In this document: positions 26,237-38,712 of the stretch, in pieces
How the letters are laid out: every line of letters starts with the position of its first letter
Position numbering within the stretch: position 1 is the stretch's first letter
NCBI GenBank assembly: GCA_965287045.1
Contig: OZ336884.1
Span: forward strand, 47,492,001-47,556,000
Source of the DNA: Carcharhinus amblyrhynchos
Taxonomy: Eukaryota
Reading direction: 5' to 3'
Length of the DNA: 64,000 nucleotides
Program-made: the position numbers and the translations under genes
Notes under the pieces: model-generated
What the model was told of the DNA's origin: nothing
What the model saw: the letters and a program-made list of their open reading frames with translations, nothing else
The model's database searches: none

Positions 26237-28297
26237 AACATGCTAAGATATTTGAATATGAAATTTCTCACATTAGTAATCTTATTAAAGCAAACTTCAT
26301 TCAGCATTCGAAAAATAAATATTAGTCCAATGCATTAACACGTGAAACCACTGAATCAGAGGTTTACATTGCAGAAAGAGGTCACTTAGCTATTGCTCTT
26401 TTCTAGAGTAATGCAAAACTAATCCAAGTGCCTATTCGCCTTTCCCATAATCTTGTGTTTCAATATTTATCCAGTTTTTCCTTAACAAATGCAATTCTCG
26501 CCTGTGGCAAAGCATGGCATAAAGAACTTACTCCCCGCTTTTCTTCTCACTCCTGTAACACATGCCTCCAGCTTCTTGTCAGAAGCCTTATGAAACATGG
26601 TCTTAAAAAATCCATATTCTCTTTCTTTACTGGACTTAACTTCCAGTGAGTAACTTCATCAAGCATCTACTGCAATTGTTCAAACGCCATTGCCATCACC
26701 AGGTCCATGCTGGCTGTCCTCCATTAACCCTTACATTTCTAGGTGATTACTAATTTTGTACCCATTTCTCACATTACATGGTATACTTTCAACCCAACGA
26801 TTTGTGTCACAAAGATATTATGCTTCCATTAAACCGCACTGTATGGCACATGAGGTGCATCATAATCAAAATGACAAGTTTATCAAGCCTTTTTCTTCCT
26901 AAACTAACAATTTCCTTTAACACTATTTAAATAAAGTCCTTCAAAAATGAAAGGGATCAACATCAGGTTGCCAAATGGTAAACTGGAATAACCACTAATA
27001 CAGGAGACCAAATATTCTTTGCAGTACTCGGGTTCCAGGCTACCACCACCATGAAAATGTCATAAAATATAACCAGGCAAGTGGATAATACAGATTGCAA
27101 TGTATTAGATTAATATCTCACAATTTCACCAGATTGTCTTCCAGCAGAAATTTCAAACAGTTTAGCGTTTGTATTTTTGCCTGTGGTTATTTGTTTCCCT
27201 CAAGAGATTAAATAAGTTGTTTTGAGTCCATGACATGATGCATTGCAAATAGTGTGCTTAATGTGCCAAATGACCTTTTTCTCATTCCCTTCTTGCTAGC
27301 GTTTCTATATTCCTCATATTTAGCTTCCACTAATGGTGGCATAATTCTATTGTGTGCCCTGTCTACAGTCACAGAATTATTCTGTTTTAATAAAAATGTT
27401 GATTTTTTTTTTATGTAACATCACCAAACATTGAACACAGGTCTGCCAGAGGTGACAGCATTCATTCAGGATACAAATGTCCTGCTCGCAAACTCGCTTC
27501 CATTGCGGAAAGGACCTTAGATTGCAGAAATTCGCTTAATTTGTTATCCTTAGCAGCAAGCATCGAGAGGTCTGCAGAGGTGAACAGCGATGTCCCATGC
27601 CAACGTACAATCTCAATGTTGTAATCTATATCTGTTGCATTATATGATTCCTGCCTAAGAATAGCATCCCGGTCTATCGCTATTCACTATGATCTCCTGA
27701 CATTTTACACCAATCTATTTCACGATTCCTTTGATTAATGTTGTCTGATCTTTTCCTTCCCCCAGTCATGACTTTCCCATTAATCTCCATCATTTCTCTT
27801 GTTCCCATTTGCAAAAAATTACCGTTCAATGCCACTGCTGCACTGATGCACTACATTTATTTTTATCAATATTTCCCGTGTTGTGTTTCAAAAACAAACT
27901 TCACAATCGTTAATGAGTTTCTGAGTTTTCTTGTATAAATGAGGCAGCTATTACATGGTAATTATATCAAAGGCGCAGTCTTCATCATCATCACTGTTGA
28001 TTTAACTGATAAGAGCACTATAAGAAGCCAGAAATAATAAGGTAACGCTAGCTGAAAATGTTGACTTTGAAAATCAGCTTCCCTAAATCTATCAGCATTA
28101 TCCATTTAACAGAAATGGATAATCAGGTAATTATAGATTTTATTTATGATATACGAGCCCAAAAGTGTTCACTCAGTACTGGACAAAACCACAAGACCAT
28201 CAGCAATTCATTTTAAAGCTCACAAATTCATAGTAATAAAAAAAATCAGAAAGAACTTTCTTAACCAGGTGTACTGATAACCAAGTATGTACATTAC

Positions 28298-28453
28298 CAT
28301 GTACTGACATTGGTGGTAGTTTAGTTATTGAGTCCAGTTTTTCCCAGGAATACATCGCAGTGGGGATAGCTTCTTTGGAGTTACAAGTCAGCGTGACATC
28401 ATTTCCAGTGTCAACAACTCCTTGAAGTCCACACAATGGGATAGTGGGTGGCA
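28298..28453 (-). CDS. IGSF11: IGSF11 coding exon 4 (first half of the Ig C2 domain), 156 bp
   Basis: Acceptor tcttttctttcag|TG and donor CATG|gtaatg. Translates (V)PPTIPLCGLQGVVDTGNDVTLTCNSKEAIPTAMYSWEKLDSITKLPPMSVH, including the extra CTX-family cysteine. Confidence 0.96.
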
Positions 28454-29506
28454 CTGAAAGAAAAGATTGCAAAACATGAGCTCTGAAAAGCACAGCGAGA
28501 GCATCATTAAAACACATCTCCCCCACAAATTAATGAGAGCACAGATGCAAGCAGGCTTCATATCACCCGGGGAAATGCTTATATTTATTGCCTCATCATT
28601 TCGGTGGGAAAAGCCACAAAGCTCCTGCGTGACCGTTCAACTCAACAAATGATCAAAGTTACACATTTTTTGCAGTTGTCAAGTTACAGAAATGTACTCC
28701 TGTTACATCAGGTCTGATGTTAGCGACAATACTCAGCACCCCAATTTTTGTACTATTGCATAATGACAAAGTTCTGTTTGGGTACAATTCGTGTTTACCA
28801 GAGCATTCACCAATTCACAGCAGACTGTGCACTCAGTCAGCTTGTCACTTTGATCTGTGATTTGATTTAATTTTTAGGATCATTCACGGCATTTTACATT
28901 AAATTCTCAAATTAGAAAGATCACAAATGCTCACAGATCTAATCGTAGCAGAAACATTATTCTGCAATAATGCTGTCCCTCTCAATGAGATGATTGAGTA
29001 GGGATCTCATAGCGGGGTTGGTGGTAATGTTACATTAAATATAACTATGGCAGAAATCTGGCCCCAATTTGGGGGAGACACCTGAGGCGGTTGAGGCGTG
29101 GAAGTGCACATTGCCAGTTGGTGAGAGTTTGCCAGCACCATCCTGCCTCTAGATCATTTCCTTGGAGGCTGGATTCGGGTAGAACCCATCTGCAAAGAGC
29201 ATGTGGGCAACTGAGATGATTGAAAAGTTCATCAATGATTAGAGAGAGGCTGACTGGAAAATTCCAGTTGGCCTGCAGGCCCTCCACAGCATTGGGGTGG
29301 TCTCTCAGTGGCAGACGACAGTTTGGGGCTACAGGTTGACTTTGAAGTCCCTCTCTCCCTCTAATTCCTCCTCCACAATGGTAGTCTGATAGCTGTGGCT
29401 TCAGAATGCAGAGTCCATTCTCTCTCTCTCTTTCCCTTAGCTGCAAGAACAGGATGCAGTTCATTCCAATGCAGAGGTTTATTGACTTTGTGGTTTTGAA
29501 AGCCAT

Positions 29507-29726
29507 GATGTTGGGATGCCGGTGTTGGACTGGGGTAAAACAGAAAGAAATTCCACAACACCAGCTTAATGTCCAACAAGTTTATACGTAGCAAATGCCA
29601 CAAGCTTTCGGAACAGGCTGTCTCAGCCACCTGACGAAGAGACAGCCTGTTCCGAAAGCTTGCGGCATTTGCTACAAATAAACTTGTTGGACATTAAGCT
29701 GGTGCTGTGGGAGTTCTTTATGTTTT
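29507..29726. mobile_element. Palindromic Penelope-like non-autonomous element: 88-bp inverted arms with a minimal hammerhead ribozyme core at the centre
   Basis: Arms 29537-29624 and 29639-29726 are near-perfect reverse complements around a 14-nt spacer. The plus strand reads GCCAC-CTGACGA-A-GAGACAGCCTGTTCC-GAAAGCT-T-GCGGC (29626-29666). The leader gatgccggtgttggactggggt is shared with the copy at 63.8 kb. Confidence 0.75.
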
Positions 29727-30379
29727 GAAAGCCTGCCCACCCTCCTTAATTGAATAGCAAGCACGCCCTTTAGTCACTAGGTCAGACACAAAGGCAGTCA
29801 GCTCAGAGATCCTGACACCATTTGGAGGCCTCCTTGACATCAGGGTCCTGACCCAGAATGGATAATCCTGCCCCATGGGCTGCATTTTGTTGAGAGTGTG
29901 CCGATCCTGTTATCGGGATGAATTCCAGGTCAGGGACCCCAAAGATTAAGTATGGGGCATCACGATGGAGCCACGCTATTAACTCTGGCAATCGCTAATA
30001 GCCAGAATTATCAGGATTCTTCTGCAGGGGAAGCAGCTCTGCTTGAAAGCATTTGCCCATGGATGTGCTGAATTATGCTAATATGCTCATTTAAAAGGTA
30101 ACTTTGTAGATTCGTTTCATGAAACACAGTTCCCCTGCTGTGCTCTTGTCTCCAGCGACAAGGCAAGCCACCAACACAGCAGTGGTCCGGTGTGCCTCAG
30201 ACAAACTGGCACTGCCCTTGGAAAAGGCCATGACAGAATGTATTAAACACCTTTAATTGGCTTCCCTGAGTTGCCAGGCAGGTTGCCATTTGTGCATACA
30301 GCCCGACTCTGGGGAAGCGATCCGAAACAAGGAGGTGATTGTGCAGTTGGAAAATGCACTTCAAAATTTTACAGGCCTC

Positions 30380-31270
30380 TTCTGCACCTCCATCTTTCCA
30401 AAGGGCCGAAAAAGCTCCCAATGGCCTACATGCCTTTTTAAACAGCCCTCTCAATTTGTCCTGCCACCTTCAAAAGATTTGCATGCATACACACCCAGAA
30501 TCACATCCTCTTTAGCTTACATTGCCTCCCCTCATTCTCCCTAGCAATATTATTTCACATCTCTCTGCATCATAAGTCTGTACATTTCAATAGCCTTTGT
30601 TCCAAAGTCTCTTCATATCCTCTTCAATGTTGACCATAGTTCCAAGTTCTGTGCCATCTGAAATGCTTAAATAAAGTTGTGTACATTTAAGTTTAGGTCA
30701 TTAAGGTGCATCAAGTAGTTCAGTGGTCTGAACATCAATGCCTGGAAGACAGCACTGCACATCCCTAAAGCCTTAAAAACTGTTCACTCCTATTTACTTT
30801 ATGCCCCTTGGCCAATTCACATTCACATAGTTATGCCTCACTAACTTGAATTTTGCTAACAAATCTATTGTGTGGTATTTTATTAGATGCATTTTGAAAG
30901 TCCATCAAGACAGCATCAGCTGCACAGCCACCATCCATCCTCCCCATTATTTCATGAAATAATTCAATTCAAATTAGTCAAACATGGTTTCTGCCATAAT
31001 CTGGCTGTCTTTCAGTTATTAACCCATATTTTGCCAATTAATTGTGTCTTGGATTAGTGTCTGAGTACCAACGTTAGGCTGTCTGGCCCAAATTGTCAGG
31101 CTTACCATTCTCCCTGTTTTTGGAACAATGCTGTAACATCTGTAATCCTTCATTCCAAAACCTAAGAGATTGCAAGTTGTGACAGGGGCTCCACAGTTTC
31201 TGCCCTTCCTTCCCTCAGCAAAACCGTGGTGATGGAGGACTGCTTTCCTCTGGGTGGATGAGCTACACTC
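30380..31270 (-). mobile_element. Old CR1 LINE reverse transcriptase fragment
   Basis: The minus strand near 30.9 kb reads ADAVLMDFQNAS, resembling the CR1 RT motif DVVYLDFQKAFD. Heavily decayed. Confidence 0.55.
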
Positions 31271-32139
31271 AGTCAAAAAGCTGTCCTCATCCCATATCTA
31301 TTCGGTGATCTTATGATGCGAGACATTATATAAAATGCTGGTAAGATTCAGTGGCAGGACATCAATACTTTACCAACCTTTATTTTCTATTGCATTGACA
31401 AGCTGTCCAATTTGGACACCACAAATCCTTCCCTCAGCATTTAATTGGACACTCAGCTGTCTATCGACACATTCAGAGATCTAACACTGAATTCGTGTGG
31501 ATGTGCTTCACCGCACCAACAACAGCATTGACAACTTCATACCACATATGGCACGGCAGTGAGGCAGCATGCATCTGTCGATAGATGAGGCAACTTTTAA
31601 CTAAATAGTAACAGCTACATTCCTACAATAAAATGATCGCATAACACACCATCTGCAATATCTGCTTCACCTTCTGATGGAACACTTCCAAGCCCCATTC
31701 AGAATTGAAAGTATCTGCGAAATGCTGAGATTACTGTTGTGAACAACTAGCTCATGATTCATGCGTGTCAGAATGTACTTTAGAGGGCAGCTTGTGGTTT
31801 CAGGAATTTAAATTTAACTGTAGAAATTGGGATAAGTGCAATTGGGTCAATCTCGGAGTTTATTACTCTCAAAAGGTTGGAGAGCCACATGACTGATGAT
31901 CATGTCTTTCTCGCTATTAACCTCATCAAACAGCAGGTGGGCTTACATAGCCAAAAAGCTGGAGAAATGCTGAATGCAATGCTTGCAAGAACAAGGGCAG
32001 TCCAGAGAGATGTTGCTGTTTTGGGAATTTGAGGGAAATTAGTTTTAAAACATTTAGAAAGTCCTGAAAGGTTGTAAAATCCAATTACTTAAATCGGATC
32101 AAAGAATAAATTCAAAATTTATTGCTCTTTCATGAGATC

Positions 32140-32388
32140 ATTGCTGATCTGCACCTCAATTCCCATTTTCTTGCTTTTATTCCAAGTACCCGTTGCCCTT
32201 ACCTAACGCAAATCTATTTACCTCAGTCTTGAAAGCTCCACGTGCCCAAAGTACCCACTGACTTTCTGGGGACAGAGTTCCGAATTTAAAACATCCTTTG
32301 TGTAAAAAAAAGGTACTTCTTGATATCACTTCCAAATGATCTACCTCCAATGTTAAGATCACGTCCCCTTGTTTTAGATTTCTCCATG
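32140..32388 (-). mobile_element. CR1 LINE 3' fragment
   Basis: Reverse complement of the CR1 3' region (ttctggggacagagttcc; ccccttgttttagatt). Confidence 0.7.
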
Positions 32389-32889
32389 ACTCAATTGGGC
32401 TGGAAAGGATCTTGTACGTGCGACTCAATTTCATTCTATTGCCTAGGATTTTGCATCGAATTATCTTTTGTTTTGAGTAAAGCATGGCAGTCGCAGTACG
32501 TATCACAAAGAAATCAAAGGAAAAGAGGTAAAATATGTCACAACAGCACCCTCTAGTGCATTGCTTCATTTCTGCACAAAGACAAGTACATATTAAAAAT
32601 CTAAAAAAAATGCCTAAATTATCTATAGAGTGCAACATTTTCCCAATGGTTCTATTATCCCATGAAAATGTTGTTTTCAAAATATTGAAGTTTTCCAAAT
32701 ATACCACCAATTACATTTATTTGTCCACTAATATAACGCAAAGACAAAAACTGTGGCAGGAATGCAGCCTTCTGTAACCCACACAATACTCATGCTAAAT
32801 ATGCATGATAGCTATACTCAAAAGAAAGAATAATTCAGTGCAAAATCCTTTCCAGCCCAATTGAGCCATGGAGAAATCTAAAACAAGGG
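32366..32889. repeat. 52-bp inverted repeat pair (32366-32417 and 32838-32889) with a 420-bp spacer
   Basis: The arms are reverse complements at 49/52 positions. Confidence 0.9.
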
Positions 32890-34811
32890 AACATAATGTG
32901 TCTTAGCAGAAATTAATGGCAATAATCTTTTAATAATTGGTGCAGGAAAATGATTTTTCATTTTATTTTATGGAGAGACATTATGGTTTCTAAGCTTTTT
33001 TTTTAAGATATGCTCTGGTCTGGTGTCTTTCAAACACACTTTGAATACTTCACATTCTTTTTCTTTATGTCAAAATGTTCATTGTAGCTTTCTGCATTCA
33101 ATTTATTTCTCATCCCTTCAAGTCTGCTTTACTTAAAACTTGGTTAATGACTCTCAGTTCTTCTCAAATTAAGTGCTAGGGAAGGAAGCAATCACTCACT
33201 ATGTGGGAGCAAAGGATCTTCAACTCTCAGCCATGACTTTAAAGGCCGCTGCCATCTTTTTTCTTAGTTATTCTTTCTCAAGAAGTGGGTGTCACTGGCT
33301 AGGCCTGGGTCTATTGCCCAGCTTCTTAAAATGTGTAGTCCAGGCGGTGTAGGTACACCATTACACTGTTAGGTAGGGAATTCCAGGATTTTAATCCAAA
33401 GACAGTTAAGGAGCGGCAATATATTTCCAAGTCGGGAAGGTATGTGGCTTGGAGAGGAATTTGCAGGCGGTGGTGTTCCTGTGCTACTGCCACCCTTTTC
33501 CTTCTAGTTGGAAAAGGCTGCAGATTTGAAGCTTTTTTTCTCAAAACAGCCTTGCTGAGTTGTTTCAGTACCTTGAAGAAAGTTGATTCCATGTGTCAGT
33601 GTGGATTGAGCGAACATTTAAGGCCAGTGCAGCTCTTTCCATCATGAGGTCATTAGCTGAAGTTCTGGGGTCACGAGCTCTGCAACAGCAATGTCTGCAC
33701 TGGAGCTCCGACAACGTTAACAGCTGCGAGTCCCCTTAAAATCCTTACTTTGGTCTTAAATAGTAGTCAGGGCCTGAAACACCCTGACCTCTGCCGCTGA
33801 ACAGGTGGAATCATAAGTATGTGAAGATACACAATGCGCACACACAGGAAATGCTGTGTTAAGTGTTTGATAGCTTCAATTAGGTTTGCCATTCCATTGA
33901 TCAATGAGCCGGATTCGGAACCGAGTGGGATGGTGATCACTGGAGTTGACCTAATTGATACTGCCATCTCTCTATACAACAGCACATTCCACAATTCTGG
34001 TTCGACTCCTCAGAATTCCATACCATCAGGGCACAGAAGCCAACACCAGGCAGCCTAGGAATAAGCACCAAAGATTCAACCAGCAATGGCTCCCTGTCAG
34101 AAACAATGCCATGAGAGGAGGGCCTGCTCAGTGCTGAGGGTTTTTTGAAGAGCATGACTAGACAACACAGTCAAACTCACTCAAAGGGTTGAATGACCCT
34201 CTTCTGCACTGTACGATTCTGTGGATCCTAAGGTGCTCAAATAGGATTGGTGGGGCAAGGTGAGAGGCAGAAGGATTCAGACACAAAAATGAGAATTTTT
34301 AATTTGTGGTGCTGGTAAACTGACAGTCACAGTCCTGTGAGCACAAGAGTAATGAGTGAACAGGATTAGTGGGAGTTGGGATAAGGGCAGCAGAATTTCA
34401 TGAAGGATGGCACATAAGAGATTGGCCATCAGAGCATTGAAATAGTTGCGTGTAGAGATAACAAAAGAAAGATGATGATTTCAGCAGAAGATGGGCCAAG
34501 ACAGATGGAAATGTAGAATATTCTGAAAGTGGATGTAGGCTTTGTGATGGAGAGGACAATGGGAGTCAGAAATTCAGTTCAGGGTCAAATGGGACACTGG
34601 ATTCATGAACAGCCTAGTTTAGTCTGACACAATAGCCTGAATGGGATGGTAATGGTGGTTAGAGGTCAGGTTTTGTGGCAGGAACCAAAGCAATAATTTT
34701 GGTCTTCCTAATATTTATCCAGGACAGGATGTTAGACGGGAAATAAGAGAGAATTGGAGGTAAAATAGAAGTGAGTGTTACCACATCATACAAGTAGAAC
34801 CTGACATTATG

Positions 34812-35500
34812 AGTGGGATTCTCCTAATTTGAGACTAAATGTTGTAGCAGGGAGAGAAACATGGTGTTCCCCCACTATGGTAGCTTTGGAAAACACACCA
34901 AATCTTCAACCCCAATGTTATCATTTATGACCCCGAATGTTTTACGCCACATTCCATGGCAGGGCTGGCCTGGATGGCACATTGTCCACCATTGTGTCCA
35001 AGTACCAAACTGAAAAGGTGCCCAATATCACTGACTCACCATCGAAGAAAGGTGGACCTCCCAGAAAAAAAGACAGATCTCCAGGCCACTCTAACACTGA
35101 AGATAGACCACCTCCAGACCACCTGATCTGGAAGATTCACCTGCAGGTGCTTTACCAACTCACTGTGGTGCTTCAGGGCCCAGGGTCACCATCCTGAACT
35201 CTGAAGGCAGCCCCAGCATTGTTCAGATGAATCCCATCATCTGTACGCCAAATTGTTCCAAATATATTTCATGACAGCAGGTGCTCCCACTGGCATTGCG
35301 GAGAATCTGATGTGGGGAAGGGGAGCTTCACCTGCATCCCATTTAAGGATGCAAATGAAGTCCTCTGGCAGGTTTTCTGACCCACCATAGTGGGCACCAG
35401 CAAGAGGTCCTTCTGTAAATTCACACTGGATAAAACTAGTTTCTGGCCCTCCCACTATCTTCTCCCACCATCAGTGGCAGGTGCTTGGGAGAATTCTGCC
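34812..35500. mobile_element. GC-rich MITE-like DNA element (possibly Harbinger-derived)
   Basis: Terminal inverted motifs gggattctcc ... ggagaattct. Similar termini occur at about 2250-2373, 25090-25560 and 46148 onward. Confidence 0.4.
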
Positions 35501-37132
35501 TTACGATTTCAAAGTGGGCCTTTACAAAACCCGCATATCCTAGGTAACTTTGTTATATCTGTAGCACTTGTTCAGGATAAAAGACCAGGAAATGAAAGCA
35601 CGTGGGTTTTGGGTGTAACAACAGAACAGCTTTATCAGATAACTGTTCACTCCACAATGGCTGGATCTGGACTGAGTAAAGCCTGCAAAGTAGTCAATGA
35701 CATCACAGACTGAACAAAGGAACTATGCATTGCACAATAACTAACATATAACAATCACATCAAATATTTTTTGAATACTACCCAGTGTTTTTCCTTAGGT
35801 TTAACAGTTCATCTCAGCTTGCTGGATTCAATTTACTTCTCATCCCTTTGAGACTGCTTTACTTGTACTTAAAGGCTAGGTTAGTGGCTCTCCCTTCTTC
35901 TCAAATCAAATATCAAATTCAATCACATTATGGTCATTATTCCCAAGATGTCCCTTTACTGTCAGATTGATATCTAATTCTGGCTCATAACACATCAGTA
36001 AATCCAGTATGGCCAATTGCTTTGCCAGTTCTAATACATATTGTTCTAGGGAATTGTTCCAAATGCATTCTAGAAATCCATTGCTTTTATGATTTGAGCT
36101 TTTAAAGTCCACCAGTCTCTGAAAATTAAAGTGTCCCAATAATCATTTTTTTCTATACTTCCTTGTTCTCTGTATTTGTGCAGTCCGTCACTGCCACTCT
36201 GCTTTCAGGAGGGCCAGTGATTTTCAACTGTGCGCTACAGGTAGGGTGCAAGTGTGCTGTGGCCGCAGGGTAGATCACAAGTCCCGACTTTATTTTATTT
36301 CTCTCTCTGTCAATTCCTGAAGGCTTGGCTCCAATGACACCATAGCAGCTATAGCTAATGGATTCAACCTCAATTAACACAAACAACATAATCAGGTGGA
36401 AAGGATGGAAGTGGTGCAGAGAAAATCCCAGTAGGTCAGAGAAATTTTAAACAATTAGGGATTTAAGGCACTAATCAAACAATTGACACCAAGTGAAATG
36501 GCCTCAGATCAGACTAACAGTTTAACAGGGAAACTGTCTGCATATAGGCATATAAGAATGAGATTTGAACAAATATTTATGATTGAACGTGTATTTTGAA
36601 AAGTATTAACTGTATTTTATAAAAATAATTGTGCACTTCAGCCAAGAGCAGCTGTTGCGGGGGATGATGAGCTAAAGCCTTAGCAGACAGAATCACATTC
36701 TTGGGAACCACGAACCTCAGAATATGCACGTTCTTATCAGTGAAAGTTGCTGGCATTACGGTTCTCAGGGCTACTTATGAATAGAGGTCTTCACATGATC
36801 CAGATAAGAAAGGTCTCTTCTTAGATGTGAGAATGTACATCTGTCTCATTTGGCCAGCGATAGCAGGAGTGGGTGGGAACCTTAACTTTGACCTTTGTAG
36901 CTAAGCATTGGGAATTACCAGACAACAGAGGAAGAAGCAGCAATAGGGGGAGGAAGCATCCAGATTCTACGGACCAATAAAATCCCACGATGTCAGAAGA
37001 TAGAACGCAATTGGCTAAAGTATGTAGCAAGTGTTATTAATGATTGATTTATATTGAAGATGATTGGTTCACAACTAATGAAAGGTGAGAGAGTTTGATA
37101 TGAAAAATGTATAATTGATCAGTTGATCAATT

Positions 37133-37435
37133 GGGACAGCACAGTAGTTAACACAGCTGCCTCACAGTGCCAGTGACTCAGGTTCAATTACAGCCGTGGG
37201 TCACTGTCTGTGTGGAGTTTGCACATTGCGTGGGTTTCCTCTAGGTGCTCTGGTTTCCTCCCACAGTCCAAAGATGTGCGGGTTAGATTGACTGGCCTGT
37301 TAAATTGATCCGAGTGTCCGGGGATTAGCAGGGTAAATATCTGGGATTATGGGTTTAAAGCATGGGTGGGATTGAAGACGGTGCAGGCTCAATGAACTGA
37401 ATGGCTTCCTTCTGCAGTGTAGGGATTCTATGATT
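37133..37435 (+). mobile_element. HE1-type V-SINE
   Basis: Head gctgcctcacag, core gtggagtttgcac...ggtttcctcccacagtccaaagatgtgc, tail gtagggattctatgatt. Confidence 0.8.
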
Positions 37436-37675
37436 TGTGCATTGTAACCTCAGAGTGAGTGGCATTGGAATGCTGAGAGCTTCTCTTGTAGTAAGGCACC
37501 AGACTGCCCCCAGTGCTCATTCTCCCATCGTTAAAGATATGTCTTTAAATTGGGACACTGGCTTTCGTGAGTCTTTGTATGGGCTGAAGTTATGGTGATA
37601 TGTAGCCTCCAGAGAATCCTACAACAGAAGGGAAAGGAAAAAGGAAGGGAAAGAAATTGGAGCTGAAGAACAGCA

Positions 37676-37876
37676 TATTGCTCCAGAAGCTCCAGGCCGC
37701 GAGGTCTTTGTTGGTGACTTCGGAACGGAAGCTGCCAAAGGAGAACTGGAATGAGCTTTCAACGATTGTGGCCCTTTAAGGAATGTGTGGATAGCATGGA
37801 ACCCTCCAGGTTTCACTTCTGTGGAGTTTGAAGACCCCAGAGGTGCAGAGGATGCTTTTCGGGAATGGACATCAAG
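37676..37876 (+). pseudogene. SRSF7: Processed pseudogene fragment of SR splicing factor SRSF7 (RRM domain), antisense within an IGSF11 intron
   Basis: From 37701 the frame reads [57 protein letters not shown]7 reads [54 protein letters not shown]. There is an in-frame TGA at 37752-37754 and frameshifts at both ends. KGELE and AEDA favour SRSF7 over SRSF3. Confidence 0.85.
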
Positions 37877-38480
37877 ATTGACAGAGGTTGAGAAATTCTG
37901 GGCTTATTTGGAATGATTGTGGGGTTTTGTTCATCTCTACATACACGTGGATTACACACATGTTTCACACCTTTTAAAACATTTACTTCCTGAGTCATTC
38001 AAGATTTTCAATCCCACCTGTTAAAACATGAGCTGTGTAACTCTCAGATGTGGATGGAAAGTGGCAGAATCAGAAAATAATCATTAAGGGGGCTGAAAGC
38101 ACTCAAGGAGGACCAATTTAAAATCATGTCTTGTGCCAGTTAATTTTAGTTCTGATTCACTCGAGCATTTGTTGGCATGTACAAAATACCAATTGATAAC
38201 AGGGCAAGTTCTGCACAATCACATTTACAGAACATATCCAGAGCTAGAATGACCTCCAAACATCCCCTGAACCCCTTAGCTGTATTTTTGGAGGTGCCAC
38301 TTTAAAACGTTTCAGGACAACTTGAATTAATAATCAAATTCACAGGCCTCATCATTTCCCAATTTCATGGATATTAACCTGCCCATTTAAGCTAGCAGCA
38401 TTACAGCTTCCTCGCTCTGGAAACGATGAATAACATGGGGCACGCCAGCATTTTAACAGTGGAAGGAAATATTTTTGTGC

Positions 38481-38712
38481 CAAAAGCAAAATACTGCAGA
38501 TACTGGACATCGGAAATAGAAACAAAAAATGCTGGAAGTACTTAGCAGGCGGACAGCATCTGTGGAGATGGAGAAACAGAGTTAATGTTCCAGGTTGGTG
38601 GCATTTCATCAGGACACAAAGAAAGGTCATCAAACTGAAATGTTAGTTCTGTTTCTCTCTATCCTTGCAGTCATATCCAGCATACTCTCTTTTTATTTTT
38701 GTTCCAGTTTTT
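38481..38712. mobile_element. Second, older family of palindromic Penelope-derived elements (degenerate hammerhead-like core)
   Basis: Left arm ...aatgctgga...cagcatctgtggaga...aacagagttaatgttccagg...tttcatcag mirrors right arm gaaaggtcatcaaactgaaatgttagttctgtttctctc...tccagcat...tttatttt. Related decayed copies lie at about 47830-47940 and 60960-61260. Confidence 0.55.
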
